Source: Emiliania huxleyi CCMP1516
Taxonomy: Eukaryota
Assembly: GCF_000372725.1 (NCBI RefSeq)
Contig: NW_005201223.1
Coordinates: 342,657-400,329 of the forward strand
DNA length: 57,673 nt
Direction: 5' to 3'
Shown: in pieces, positions 10,547 through 20,004 of the stretch
How the letters are laid out: the number at the start of each line of letters is the position of its first letter
How positions within the stretch are numbered: the first letter of the stretch is position 1
The notes under the pieces: generated by a model
The model's database searches: none
Seen by the model: the letters and a program-made list of their open reading frames with translations, nothing else
What the model was told of the DNA's origin: nothing
Position numbers and translations under genes: made by a program

Positions 10547-11896
10547 TCAGGGCATCGTCAGCCCGCCATCGACCGACAGGCTCTGCCCGGTCACCGCGTT
10601 CGACGCGTCCGAGGCGAAGAAGACGCACGCCTGTGTGTGTGTGTGTGGCAGCGCCGCCTGCTTGAGTGTCGACGTCTGTGCTACTCCCTCTTCGACGCGC
10701 CGCCGTTCAGCGGTGGTCCGGCTGTTCCTCCCCTCGATCTACTTCTGTCAGTGGGCAGGTGATTGGGAGGCAGGCCGGCGGCGTGCCACCCACCGCGATC
10801 GAAAGGCGAGTGTCGTCTCCGGGTGCTCTCAGTCGGCGGCCGATTGCGCGTCGTGCAAATCGACGCGTTGGACCGTGCGTACATCTACCTGCACGCCTCG
10901 GCAAAATCGTTGACCGTCGTCGTCTTGCGCAGTGGCGTGCCGGCGGACACAAAGCCAAACACCTCCTTGGTCGTTAGGGCCGACGCGTCGGTCGTCTCGA
11001 GCAGGCCGCCCGCCACCAGGTTGACGCGCACGCCGGACGGCCCCAGCTCCGCGGCGAGGTTGCGCGTGAGGCCGACGAGCGCCGCCTGCGGGAAGGCTCA
11101 AGGAAGTGTCTGGGCAAGGGGCTGGGTGGTGCGCGTGAGGCCGACGAGCGCCGCCTTCGCCGCGGTGTAGTCGTAGTACGTGACGACAGGGTTGTACACC
11201 TGCGGCGTGAACTCACCAATGTCAGGGTGTGAATACGGTGTCGTGCAGCATCGCGTGCATACACCGGCTACAACTAGAATTGAGAATACAGTTGATTGCG
11301 TGTCCTCTCTAGTGCTCGCCGGGACACACGGATCTGTATAACCATCTAGGGCTGTCGACGAGGTTGGAGCCGATGTTGACCACCTTCCCGAACTTGGACG
11401 CCTCAAACGAGGGCAGCGCTGCCTGCACCATGTTGACGGCGCCGGCGAGCGTACCTCTCATCTGCTGCTCCAGGTCCTCTGTCGACACCGTCTTAATGCT
11501 CGCCATGGATGAGCCCGGGTCGAACTTGTAGCGGGGCAGCGCATTGTTGACAACGACGCTGACCTTCCTGCCAAAGTGCGTCTCGGCATCAGCGACCAGC
11601 TTCACCATGTCCTCCTTGACCGTCACGTCGCCCTGCGCGGCGAGGGCGCGCGACGGCCACGCGGCGTTGATCTCGGCGGCGACGGCTTCGCCCTTCTCCT
11701 TGCTGCTGAAGTAGTTCACCACAACAAACGCTCCCTCACGGGCGTACACCCGTGCGAGCTCGGCTCCAACGCCACGCGATGCGCCAGTGATGACGGCGAG
11801 CTTTCCCGCCAGCTGGCCGACGGCCAGAGAGGAGGAGTCGGCGCACTCCTCCTTTGCGAGTGCGGCGAGCAGGCTGCAGCAGAGCAGGAAGGGCAT
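10547..11896 (-). CDS. classical SDR, 3-oxoacyl-ACP reductase paralog (PRK08642/OarX-like), 4 exons, possible signal peptide
   Basis: TGASRGVG, VVNNA, NIGSNL/VYNPVVTYYDYTAAK/AALVGLTRNLAAELGPSGVRVNLVAGGLLETTDAS...TPLRK/ACVFFAS..VTGQSLSVDGG. Confidence 0.9.
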
Positions 11897-11988
11897 GGAC
11901 GCAGCAGTCAGTCAGTCTCGCCAGCGCGTGGTCGTGCGTTTCGATGCGCTCCTCCGTACCGGGCTCCTTCTCCCGCCCGCGGTTGGTA

Positions 11989-12753
11989 CAACACAAAACA
12001 ATCTAACCGGCCAAACCGGCCAACGCGCCGGTCGTGCACGGCGACAAGGAGAAACCAGAGCTCACCCGGCAGTACAACGAGGGGTACAAGGTCGACCTCG
12101 CGGAACCCCACGCTGGCCCGGGAGGATGCGATGAGGTGAATGAAGTCAAGCTCTGGACGCCCCTCCTCAAGACCTCCTCGGCGGGCGTTGGTAACGCCTC
12201 GAGCGGCGGCACGCCCGCCTCCGTTGGCCACTCCTACGCCTTCGGCAACACCGAAGAGAAGGCCCGCCGCCTAAACATGGGCTGCAAGGCGCGCGGGCAG
12301 CCCGGCCAACCCTTCTCCCACAAGACCGGCCACGGCTACGTCAAGGCGCATCGCGGTTTCTACCACGACGCGATCTTTGTCAAGCGCAACAACTTCAACC
12401 TGCTGCTCCACGAGACGTTCGGCGGCGGCTTCTCGCCCACCGCCGTTCTCAAGCTGCGCCGCCTCGCGCGCAAAGTCGCGCGCGGCAGCGTCGACCGCAC
12501 GGCCTACTCGCCCAAGTACTCGCTCTCTTTTATGTCCCACCATGCAGAGCGCATCTCTCTCTCTGTTGTGCGAGGCGTGAACCGCGCCATTCGCTCTCAC
12601 CTGGCAACCCTGTCTGCACGTCTCGCGCGCGCGTGAACAGCCCCCCCCCCCCCGCAAACTTTAAACCTCCATAAACATCATTTTGCAGGGGCTCCAGGCC
12701 CCAAATGACGTGTGAGTGTTAGATTTGTTTGGTATTGCTAAAAATCTCTCTCT
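11989..12753 (+). mobile_element. 5'-truncated CRE-like non-LTR retrotransposon (restriction-like endonuclease C-terminus and 3' UTR)
   Basis: ORF ending at 12636 with VDL..EVK, HETFGG and RISLSVVRGVN motifs; (TC)n tail; 9-bp TSD CGGTTGGTA at 11980-11988 and 12754-12762. Confidence 0.75.
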
Positions 12754-12923
12754 CGGTTGGTATAGCTTTTGGGATACGAGCGGCATTGCTTGAAAAAGAA
12801 TTTTACAAAACTCCCTCCTAACTGGGCTTTACTGGCGTGTCACTTGAAAAAGAAACAATGCAAGCCCACGCGCCGCTCCTGCTCTCGCCTCCGGTTGCGG
12901 ACTGCAAAGCGCGCCTCTAGTGC

Positions 12924-14444
12924 ATGTCGGGCAGGCGCCCAGATCCCCTGCTGCGAGAGTCTCCGCCGGGGCCGCGGACACGCTTCCCGGCTCCGGCCGC
13001 CCTCTTCGGCGCGCCGGCCATCCTGCCCCCGCGGCACGGATCCAGCGGCGACTCTGCTTTCCTGTCCATCGTCCTGGAGGAGTTTGATCGCAACGCCTTT
13101 GAGATCGCGCTCCTTCCTCACGTCGCCCTCGCCTGCAAGAGGGCGCTCGCATGCACGTGCTATGCGCTACGCGAGCGCCTCACCCCGCACTTGCGTGCCG
13201 CGACGCTCTCTGTCCTGCGGGACGACGCCGTCTGGAGCAACGCCCTCTTTGTGGCCAGGCTGCCCGGTCTGTCGGACCTGCGGGTTGAGGGCGAGACGAG
13301 TCTGCCCTCGATGGATCTGGCGCGGTACAGGCGGCTGGAGGCGCTGAAAGTCGGCGCCCTCAGCACGCCCGCGGCCCTCTTCTTTGGCGCCGCCATCGCC
13401 GCATCCAACGCACGGCTGCGGCTCTCTGATGGCAACGCGATTCGTAACATTGCAGCACTGCGATCGAGCCCAAGCCCCGACAAGGCAGAGCCAAACGCGT
13501 CGGACGCCGACCGCGCCGCGTTGCTCGGCGCGTTGGCTTCAAACCAGCACGAGATCTTCAGCGCCCTCGACGCGCTATCGTACGCGAGCGGGGCGCTCGG
13601 ACACGACAGGGAGGTGGTGCGAGCTGCGGTCCGGGAGGATGGCACGGCGCTCGAATACGCATCTAGCGAGCTGAGGGCGGACAAGTCCATCGTGATGGAC
13701 GCGGTGCGGACCGGCGCGACCGGCGCCTGGCCCGGCGCGTGGTTGGGCCTCGCCAGCGAGGCGCTCCGCGGGGACAGCGAGGTTGTGCTCGCGGCGGGCA
13801 CACGGTACGTAGCGCGGGCATTGTCGTATGCGACCGACGCCGTCAAGGAGGACCGGGCCGTCGTGCTCGTGGCTGTCCGCATGGATGGAATGGCGCTGCG
13901 CTATGCGGCGGGCAGCATCAAGGGGGACAGGGAGGTGGTGCTCGAAGCGGTGCGACAGTCGGGACAGGCGCTGCAGTACGCGACAGGCTCCCTCAGGGCG
14001 GACAGGGCTGTCGCGTTCGAGGCGGTGCGGCAAGACGGGGACGCACTGAGATGGGCGGGGGCGGTCATCAAGGCGGACAAGGACGTCGCTCTGGCGGCGG
14101 TGAGGAAGGAAGGGCGGACCCTGGAGTTTGTGGCGGAAGCCCTGCAGGCAGACAGGGAGGTGGTGCTTGCGGCGGTGGATCAGGCCCAGGCTCGAGCCCA
14201 GGCAACCTTTCGTTCCACCCTCGCCCTCATTGCCAGGGCCGGGGCAACAGGGACAGTCCTGTCAGCCTCCGCCACCCTGAGGGCGCACTTGCGGCAGGTC
14301 CTGCTGTACGCGCGCGATCGTCTCTTCGAGGACGATGCGTTTGTGCTCGCGGCGCACGAGCATGCCAAGGCGATCTGGACCACGCCTGCAAACGATTTGC
14401 AAGACATGCGCGAGCGTCTGCGCCTCCTCAAGGAACTGGTGTGA
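12924..14444 (+). CDS. DUF4116 repeat-containing protein
   Basis: Intronless 506-aa ORF with about 7 repeats of DREVVLxAVRxxGxALxYAxxxLRAD. Confidence 0.85.
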   Translation: MSGRRPDPLLRESPPGPRTRFPAPAALFGAPAILPPRHGSSGDSAFLSIVLEEFDRNAFEIALLPHVALACKRALACTCYALRERLTPHLRAATLSVLRDDAVWSNALFVARLPGLSDLRVEGETSLPSMDLARYRRLEALKVGALSTPAALFFGAAIAASNARLRLSDGNAIRNIAALRSSPSPDKAEPNASDADRAALLGALASNQHEIFSALDALSYASGALGHDREVVRAAVREDGTALEYASSELRADKSIVMDAVRTGATGAWPGAWLGLASEALRGDSEVVLAAGTRYVARALSYATDAVKEDRAVVLVAVRMDGMALRYAAGSIKGDREVVLEAVRQSGQALQYATGSLRADRAVAFEAVRQDGDALRWAGAVIKADKDVALAAVRKEGRTLEFVAEALQADREVVLAAVDQAQARAQATFRSTLALIARAGATGTVLSASATLRAHLRQVLLYARDRLFEDDAFVLAAHEHAKAIWTTPANDLQDMRERLRLLKELV

Positions 14445-14510
14445 GTTGTGCGTGCCGTTTGGTCGATGGTCCCGGGGCGCCGCACATATCTGGCAGATGC
14501 CATCTCAAGA

Positions 14511-14715
14511 GTGATTGAGTGGAACGCACATCATCTAAGAGATCACCGATCTTTATAAGAAGAAATACCCGCGGGTGTGTGTGTGCTGCGCGCTAGTCTA
14601 TGAGAGTTGAGGTCCCGTGCAGCCGTGCTAACACGTACCTCCCGCTCCCCCCGCGCGCCGCGGCTCCCCGCGTTTGGGTGTGCGGGGTGTGGCTCACGGA
14701 CACGGTGTGGCCTGG
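14511..14715 (+). repeat. dispersed repeat, copy 1 (copy 2 at ~16442-16611)
   Basis: shared ATCTAAGAGATCxCCGATCTTTATAAGAAGAAATACCCGCG...CTAGTCTATGAGAGTTGAGG. Confidence 0.8.
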
Positions 14716-14736
14716 CCGTGGCGAGTTTTTGCATAC

Positions 14737-16097
14737 ATCGAGATCTCTGCGGGACACCAGTAGATTTGTTGAGTGGAGATCGTAGATGCCGATCAGAGAT
14801 CTTCCACACACAGCATCTCTCACAAAACTCAGAGATCTTTAACTGAAGATAGAGATCTTGAGCTGCCGCCATCGGCACCTCGAGATCTCAGGCCGGAGAC
14901 GGAGATGTTGACTTCGCGCCAAAGGCGCCTCGAGAATCGTGTAGCCGACTGGAGATTGCAAAATGGCGCGAAAAGAGGGTGGAGATCCGCTTGAAGGTGT
15001 GAAAGGAAAAGAGCATCCCCTTGGAAGGACGTCGATTCCCCCCCCGACACGCCTCCCCCACAAGTCGAGATTGGAGATTGGAGATCGGAGATGAAGATCG
15101 GAGAAGCAAAAACGACGTTGAAGATTGGAGATTGGAGATGGAGATCGGAGATCTGACTGGATCCGGCAAAATATAACGCTGGAGATTTGGAGATTGGAGA
15201 TGGAGATCGGAGATATCATTTTTTATTTTCATTTTTTATTTTTGGCCCGAAGAGCCTGCGGCGCCGGTTTTAACTTTACGGTGTGGGGGAACCATGCGTG
15301 TAGTGAGCTTTTTAAAGAAAAAGATACAGCGGCGTCATCTCCAATCTTGCGTCGACACATCTCCGAGGGCGGCGCAGCCAAGCCCGAGTAGTGGTCTCCT
15401 TGAGGCGCGTCAGCGCCGAGTCCGTGAGGAGCGGCCCCAGCTTGCTGGGTGCGGCCCCGCCGCGGGCCGTACCGAGAATCGCGCAGCGAGTCGGCCGGAG
15501 AGGTTAAAACCGGCGCCGCAGGCTTTTCGGGCCAAAAATAAAAAATAAAAAATCATCTCCGATCTCCATCTCCAATCTCCAATCTCCAGCGTCATATTTT
15601 GCCGGATCCAGTCAGATCTCGGATCTCCATCTCCAATCTCCAATCTCCAACGTCATATTTTGCCGGATCCAGTCAGATCTCGGATCTCCATCTCCAATCT
15701 CCAATCTCCAATCTCGATTCGGGGTTCGGGGGGGGGGGGGGGGGGCTCGAACCTTCAAGGAGATGCGCTATGGATTCATTCACACCGCACATCTCCGATC
15801 TCCGATCTCCAATCTCCCATTTGACCCCTGCCGCCGCCAGCTGCGATCTCCAATCTCCAATCTCGATCTCCAATCTCCGCCCCGGCGGTGGATGCCCGGC
15901 GCGAGGATCTACGATCTGTGTTCTCCATCTCCAATCTCCACCTTTGACCCTGGCAACTGCCAACACGATCCACAATCTGTGATCTCAATCTTTCATCTTC
16001 AACCAAGCCCGACTGTGTGGTAGAATCGGCTAGGATCTCCACTCCTGGTCTGCGATCTCCTGTCTGCGATCTACTACTCTCTCGCAGAGATCTCGAT
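14737..16097. mobile_element. foldback-like non-autonomous element with GGAGAT/ATCTCC micro-repeat arms
   Basis: 15-bp perfect TIR ATCGAGATCTCTGCG; flanked by TAC on both sides; inner ~150-bp inverted repeat, 15126-15274 versus ~15503-15650. Confidence 0.8.
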
Positions 16098-16181
16098 TAC
16101 TCAGTTTTTGGCCCGTCCGTCTGTCTGTGGGCCGCGTCCTGGGTGCCCCCCCCTCCAACCCATCCGCTAGGTCATGGGCTT

Positions 16182-16266
16182 GTCTCGCGCGCGCGTGAAC
16201 AGGGCTCCAGGCCCCACAAATGACACGTGTGAGTGTTAGAGTTGTTTGGTATTGAAAATCTCTCTC
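16182..16266 (+). mobile_element. 3' end relic of the CRE-like LINE
   Basis: GTCTCGCGCGCGCGTGAACAGGGCTCCAGGCCCC...GTGAGTGTTAGAGTTGTTTGGTATTG matches 12620-12750. Confidence 0.8.
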
Positions 16267-16838
16267 ACATGGGGTCACTCCCGCGAAACCCACGAACTAG
16301 CCGGGGCAATAGATAGGGAATTCGATAGGAGAAGTTAGTTAGTTAGTTAGGAAGATGAAGAACAGCCAGGCTAGGAGAAGGGCCGCGGGGGCAAGCGGCA
16401 AGCTCCTGCCGGGCGGTTCGATCTCGTCGGTCTTTGTATGAGTGATTGTATGAGTGGAGCGCACCTCATCTAAGAGATCGCCGATCTTTATAAGAAGAAA
16501 TACCCGCGCGTGTGTGTGTGTGCTGCGCGCTAGTCTATGAGAGTTGAGGTTCCGTGCTACACGTGCCTCCCTCCCCGACCCCGTGTGCGGTGTCCGGTGC
16601 TGTGGCCTGGCGTTTGCCGTTTGATATGGTTTGCGGTTTGGCCATGGGTTTGACACATGGGGTCACTCCCGCGAAACCCACGAACTAGCATAGGGAATTC
16701 GATAGGAGAAGGGCCGCGGGGGCGCAAGCGCGTGTTCATCTCGTCGCCGAGATCCCCCGACCGGGACACCTGCCGGTTGTCTGCCGATGTTGCATGTTGT
16801 CCTGTGACACAGGTGTCGACGCTCAGCATTCTTCGCCA

Positions 16839-18055
16839 ATGGCTGCCGTCGGGCACGCGTTTCCTTCGCCTTCCGCAATGGCTGCTGTCGGCCTGTGCGT
16901 ACGCTCGAAGAAGGGTGAGGACGCTATGAGCTGGCTCGAGGCCGAAGCCGGCGGAGAGGCGCTGCTGCTTATCATGGTCGCCGACGGCCACGCCGGTTCG
17001 GAGGCGGCACAAATCAGCGCGGACAACGCGCTTCCTCTCGTGGTCTCCGAGACGAAGGACGGCAGCGCAGCCTCTCTCCAAGCAGCACTCCGCTGCGTGT
17101 GCGAGCGCCTTCACTCGCTGGTCGTCTNNNNNNNNNNNNNNNNNNNNNNNNNNNNNNNNNNNNNNNNNNNNNNNNNNNNNNNNNNNNNNNNNNNNNNNNN
17201 NNNNNNNNNNNNNNNNNNNNNNNNNNNGCGTCAGAGCGGCTGGCGCGCGGATCGGCAGGGTCAAGCGGGACGGCGGCGTCGCAGGCGGGCCCCTCCGAGC
17301 GTGGCCGGGCGGCCTGGCGGTCACCCGGACGATCGGCGATGCCGACTGCCCATACGTATCTGCGGTGCCCGCTCTGCAGACGGCGCCTGGCTTGCACTTG
17401 CCCGCCTCCTGCGTGGTGGGCCGCTTCGGTGAGCGGTCTCGGTGTTGTTTCCCCGCTGTAGGTCGCCTGCAGCCCCTCCTCCGCCGCCGTGGTCGCCTGC
17501 TCGGACGGGGTCTGGGATGCGCTCTCGCACGCTCAGGCTGCCACTGCTCACCCGCGCGCGCCTGGGCCTTGGTACACGAATGCAGGAGTTTACCCTGCCC
17601 TTTTCGCCTTTCCCTAGGTCGCCGCGCTGGTGCGCGAGTGCGCCACGGCCACGGACGCGGCCGAGCGGGTGACGACCAAGGCGCTCAAGACGCGCGGCTT
17701 GCGCGACGACATCACTTGCGTCGCCGTGTGGCTGGGGCAGCCGCCGTGGGCAGCGAGCGCGCCACCACGAAAGCCAAAGAGCCTGACGCTCGGGCGGCTC
17801 TTCCGTCCGTCCAACAGAGGCGGCTCGTCTCAGAGTTCATCGGCCGAGTCGTCGTCCGGGTGCACACCCCTCGGGCCGACGCCGCTGCCCTCGCCCTCCG
17901 CGTCGCCCATGGGCTCGCCCGTGTCCAGCGCCAGCGACTTGGAGCTGTTGGGCAACGGAATGGCCGGCTTGGGCTTGGAGGGTGGGGACGCGGCGGGCGC
18001 ACCCGAGGCGCAGGAGTCGCGCTCGCCCGTTGTACGTGTCAAGGTGGGCCTGTAA
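16839..18055 (+). CDS. PP2C-family protein phosphatase (spliced, spans an N-gap)
   Basis: KKGED, VADGHAG, GPLRAWPGGLAVTRTIGD, SDGVWD and LRDDITC motifs in order. Confidence 0.85.
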
Positions 18056-18360
18056 GCGCCAACCCTGGGGATTACTTGGAGTGCGGTACTATCGAGGTAG
18101 CCTCCTCTCCCCGGAAATTAACGTCTAGAGAGATAAAATATTATTATATAATTAAATATGACATCAAGCTGACCCTGAGATAGAGGGTACTTCCGCGCAC
18201 GCCCCCTGCAGCCGATGCCGCTGCCTCGTAACTTTTGGCCTCGCGGCGCGACGACCATCGTTGTCGCGATCCAGCACGCAGCAGCAGCCAGCACGCAGGT
18301 CTCGCAGCAGCCGACTGCGGAGGCCCGCGCGAGAGGCCGAGCTGAGAGCCTGACCCTGAG

Positions 18361-18555
18361 GGAGGGCGTGCAGAAGGATGTATTAGAGTGTTAGAGCGCT
18401 GTAGAGCTGTAGTAGAGCTGTAGAGCGCTCTGGAGCGCTAGAGCTGTACAGATCTACATCCAGCGCGGGACGAACCGCCTGCGTTGTAGAGTCGATGTAG
18501 AGCGCGATATTGCTGTAGAGTTTGTTGTAGAGGGGCTCTACTCCTGTAGAGCGCC
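18361..18555. repeat. array of GTAGAG motifs, probably a subterminal arm of a DNA transposon
   Basis: about 10 TAGAG motifs; begins with GGAGGGCG, like the 46330 element; the other end was not found. Confidence 0.45.
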
Positions 18556-18734
18556 AAACCGCCGCCCGGGAAGGCAGTGCCTCAAAGAGGTCGAGCCGCA
18601 CTAATGGCTAATGGGATGTCTCCGACGTCCGAGCTTACTGGAGCTCTGATGAATGGCCCTGATTATCCCTGACACACAGAGAGTCACTCTGACGGAAGAA
18701 GCACCCTGAGGACTGCGTCATGACCAGCCTGCCT

Positions 18735-18819
18735 TGAGAGATATTTTTAGCAATACCAAACAACTCTAACACTCACACATCATTTGGGGCCTGGATCCCT
18801 GTTCACGCGCGCGCGAGAC
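18735..18819 (-). mobile_element. 3' end relic of the CRE-like LINE
   Basis: reverse-strand match to 12620-12750. Confidence 0.8.
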
Positions 18820-18872
18820 GTGCAGATCTTTTGCAGGCGGTGGACGCGCGCGGGATTCTACACTCCTCATCC

Positions 18873-19727
18873 ATTAGGGGACCCCTAGGCTTAAAAGGGT
18901 GGGCCCTGGGGCGCCTGCGGTAAACGGCTTAAACTTGCCCGGGCAAGTTTTAAGAGCTGCTGGGCCGCCAATTCCTTAAACGGTCTTAAACGCTTAAACG
19001 GTGCGGGAGAGTTCCCGAGGTCGATGGTCCGGGAGGCTCCCGGAGAGGCTCCCGGTAGACGCCGGAGGCCGGGAAGCTGGCTGCAGTCAGCTAGCACGCG
19101 TCCCCTATATGCGAGTATGGCTCCTGCCAGTGCACCAGACTTACAGATGTGTCTTGGCGGGTTTGTGTGTGTGCCTAATAACGGCAGTGTTGGAGAAAAC
19201 GGCGCGGAACCCAGCGACGCATGCCGGCGAGGCCGATTTCCTTGAACGGTCTTAAAAGAGGGACCCCCCGTGCCTGCAATCTCTTAAACGGCAACTTAAG
19301 CCCCCAAATCTCCTCGTTTCTTAAAAGGTCTTTAAAAAATCCAACAGAGGGGTAGGAGGCTGGAGGGCGGGAGAATCCAAAAAAGCCGTCCAAAAAGCCA
19401 CAAAAAAGCCAGCGAGCCTCGTTACGCGATTGCTCGCGAAGCGCAGCATGATGTGTGGCCAGCGTGGGAGCAGGCCGGCGCCGACGCTGCCAGAACTAAG
19501 ACGAGACCTCGACCGACGGCGGGCCGTGCGGGCGAGCATCCGCGCTGCCGACGACGTGCTCAAGTCTGGCCTTCTGAGCGACGAGATTCTCGCATGCTTT
19601 GAGGAGGCGCTCGGCGATCGGCTGCCAGAGATGGGCACGGATGCTGCAGCAGGGCGAGAGGCGAACGCCGAGAGGAGTGCGGAGGCGCACGGAAATCCGG
19701 CCCTCAGAACCCTGGGGGTCCCCTAAG
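18873..19727. mobile_element. non-autonomous hAT-like element
   Basis: TIR TTAGGGGACCCCxAGG (18874-18889 / 19711-19726); 8-bp TSD CCTCATCC at 18865-18872 and 19728-19735; internal CTTAAA repeats. Confidence 0.8.
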
Positions 19728-19839
19728 CCTCATCCTCTACACTCTCGTCTTCTGATAAACGCAGTATGGAAGATACAAAGAGACGGAGGAGCAACGAGCG
19801 CCCTGGCGTGAGCCAAAGACACTCTCCCTCAGGTCACGA

Positions 19840-19903
19840 AGAAAGAAAGAAAACAGAGAAAAGGGAGGGAAGGGAGGACGGCACGTCGCCACCACACAGG
19901 GAT
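19840..19903 (+). promoter_or_regulatory. partial copy of the shared upstream module
   Basis: GAAAGAAAGAAAACAG...GGGAGGACGGCACGTCGCCACCACACAGGGAT, ~100 bp before ATG 20005. Confidence 0.45.
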
Positions 19904-20004
19904 CCCTCAGGTCGCGAGCTGGTGTCAACACCGCGATTTTTTTTTCGAACAAACTCTTCCCTGCTCACTCGAGTGTGTGGCTGTCTTCGCGGGCTCGAAC
20001 CCGC

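Noticed and set aside
9654..10913. 419-aa plus-strand ORF
   Set aside because: It crosses a transposon end, a UTR and antisense SDR exons; only the part inside the transposon may be a coding relic.
18645..18700. Second CTGATGA, possible hammerhead core
   Set aside because: No stem II or GAAA.
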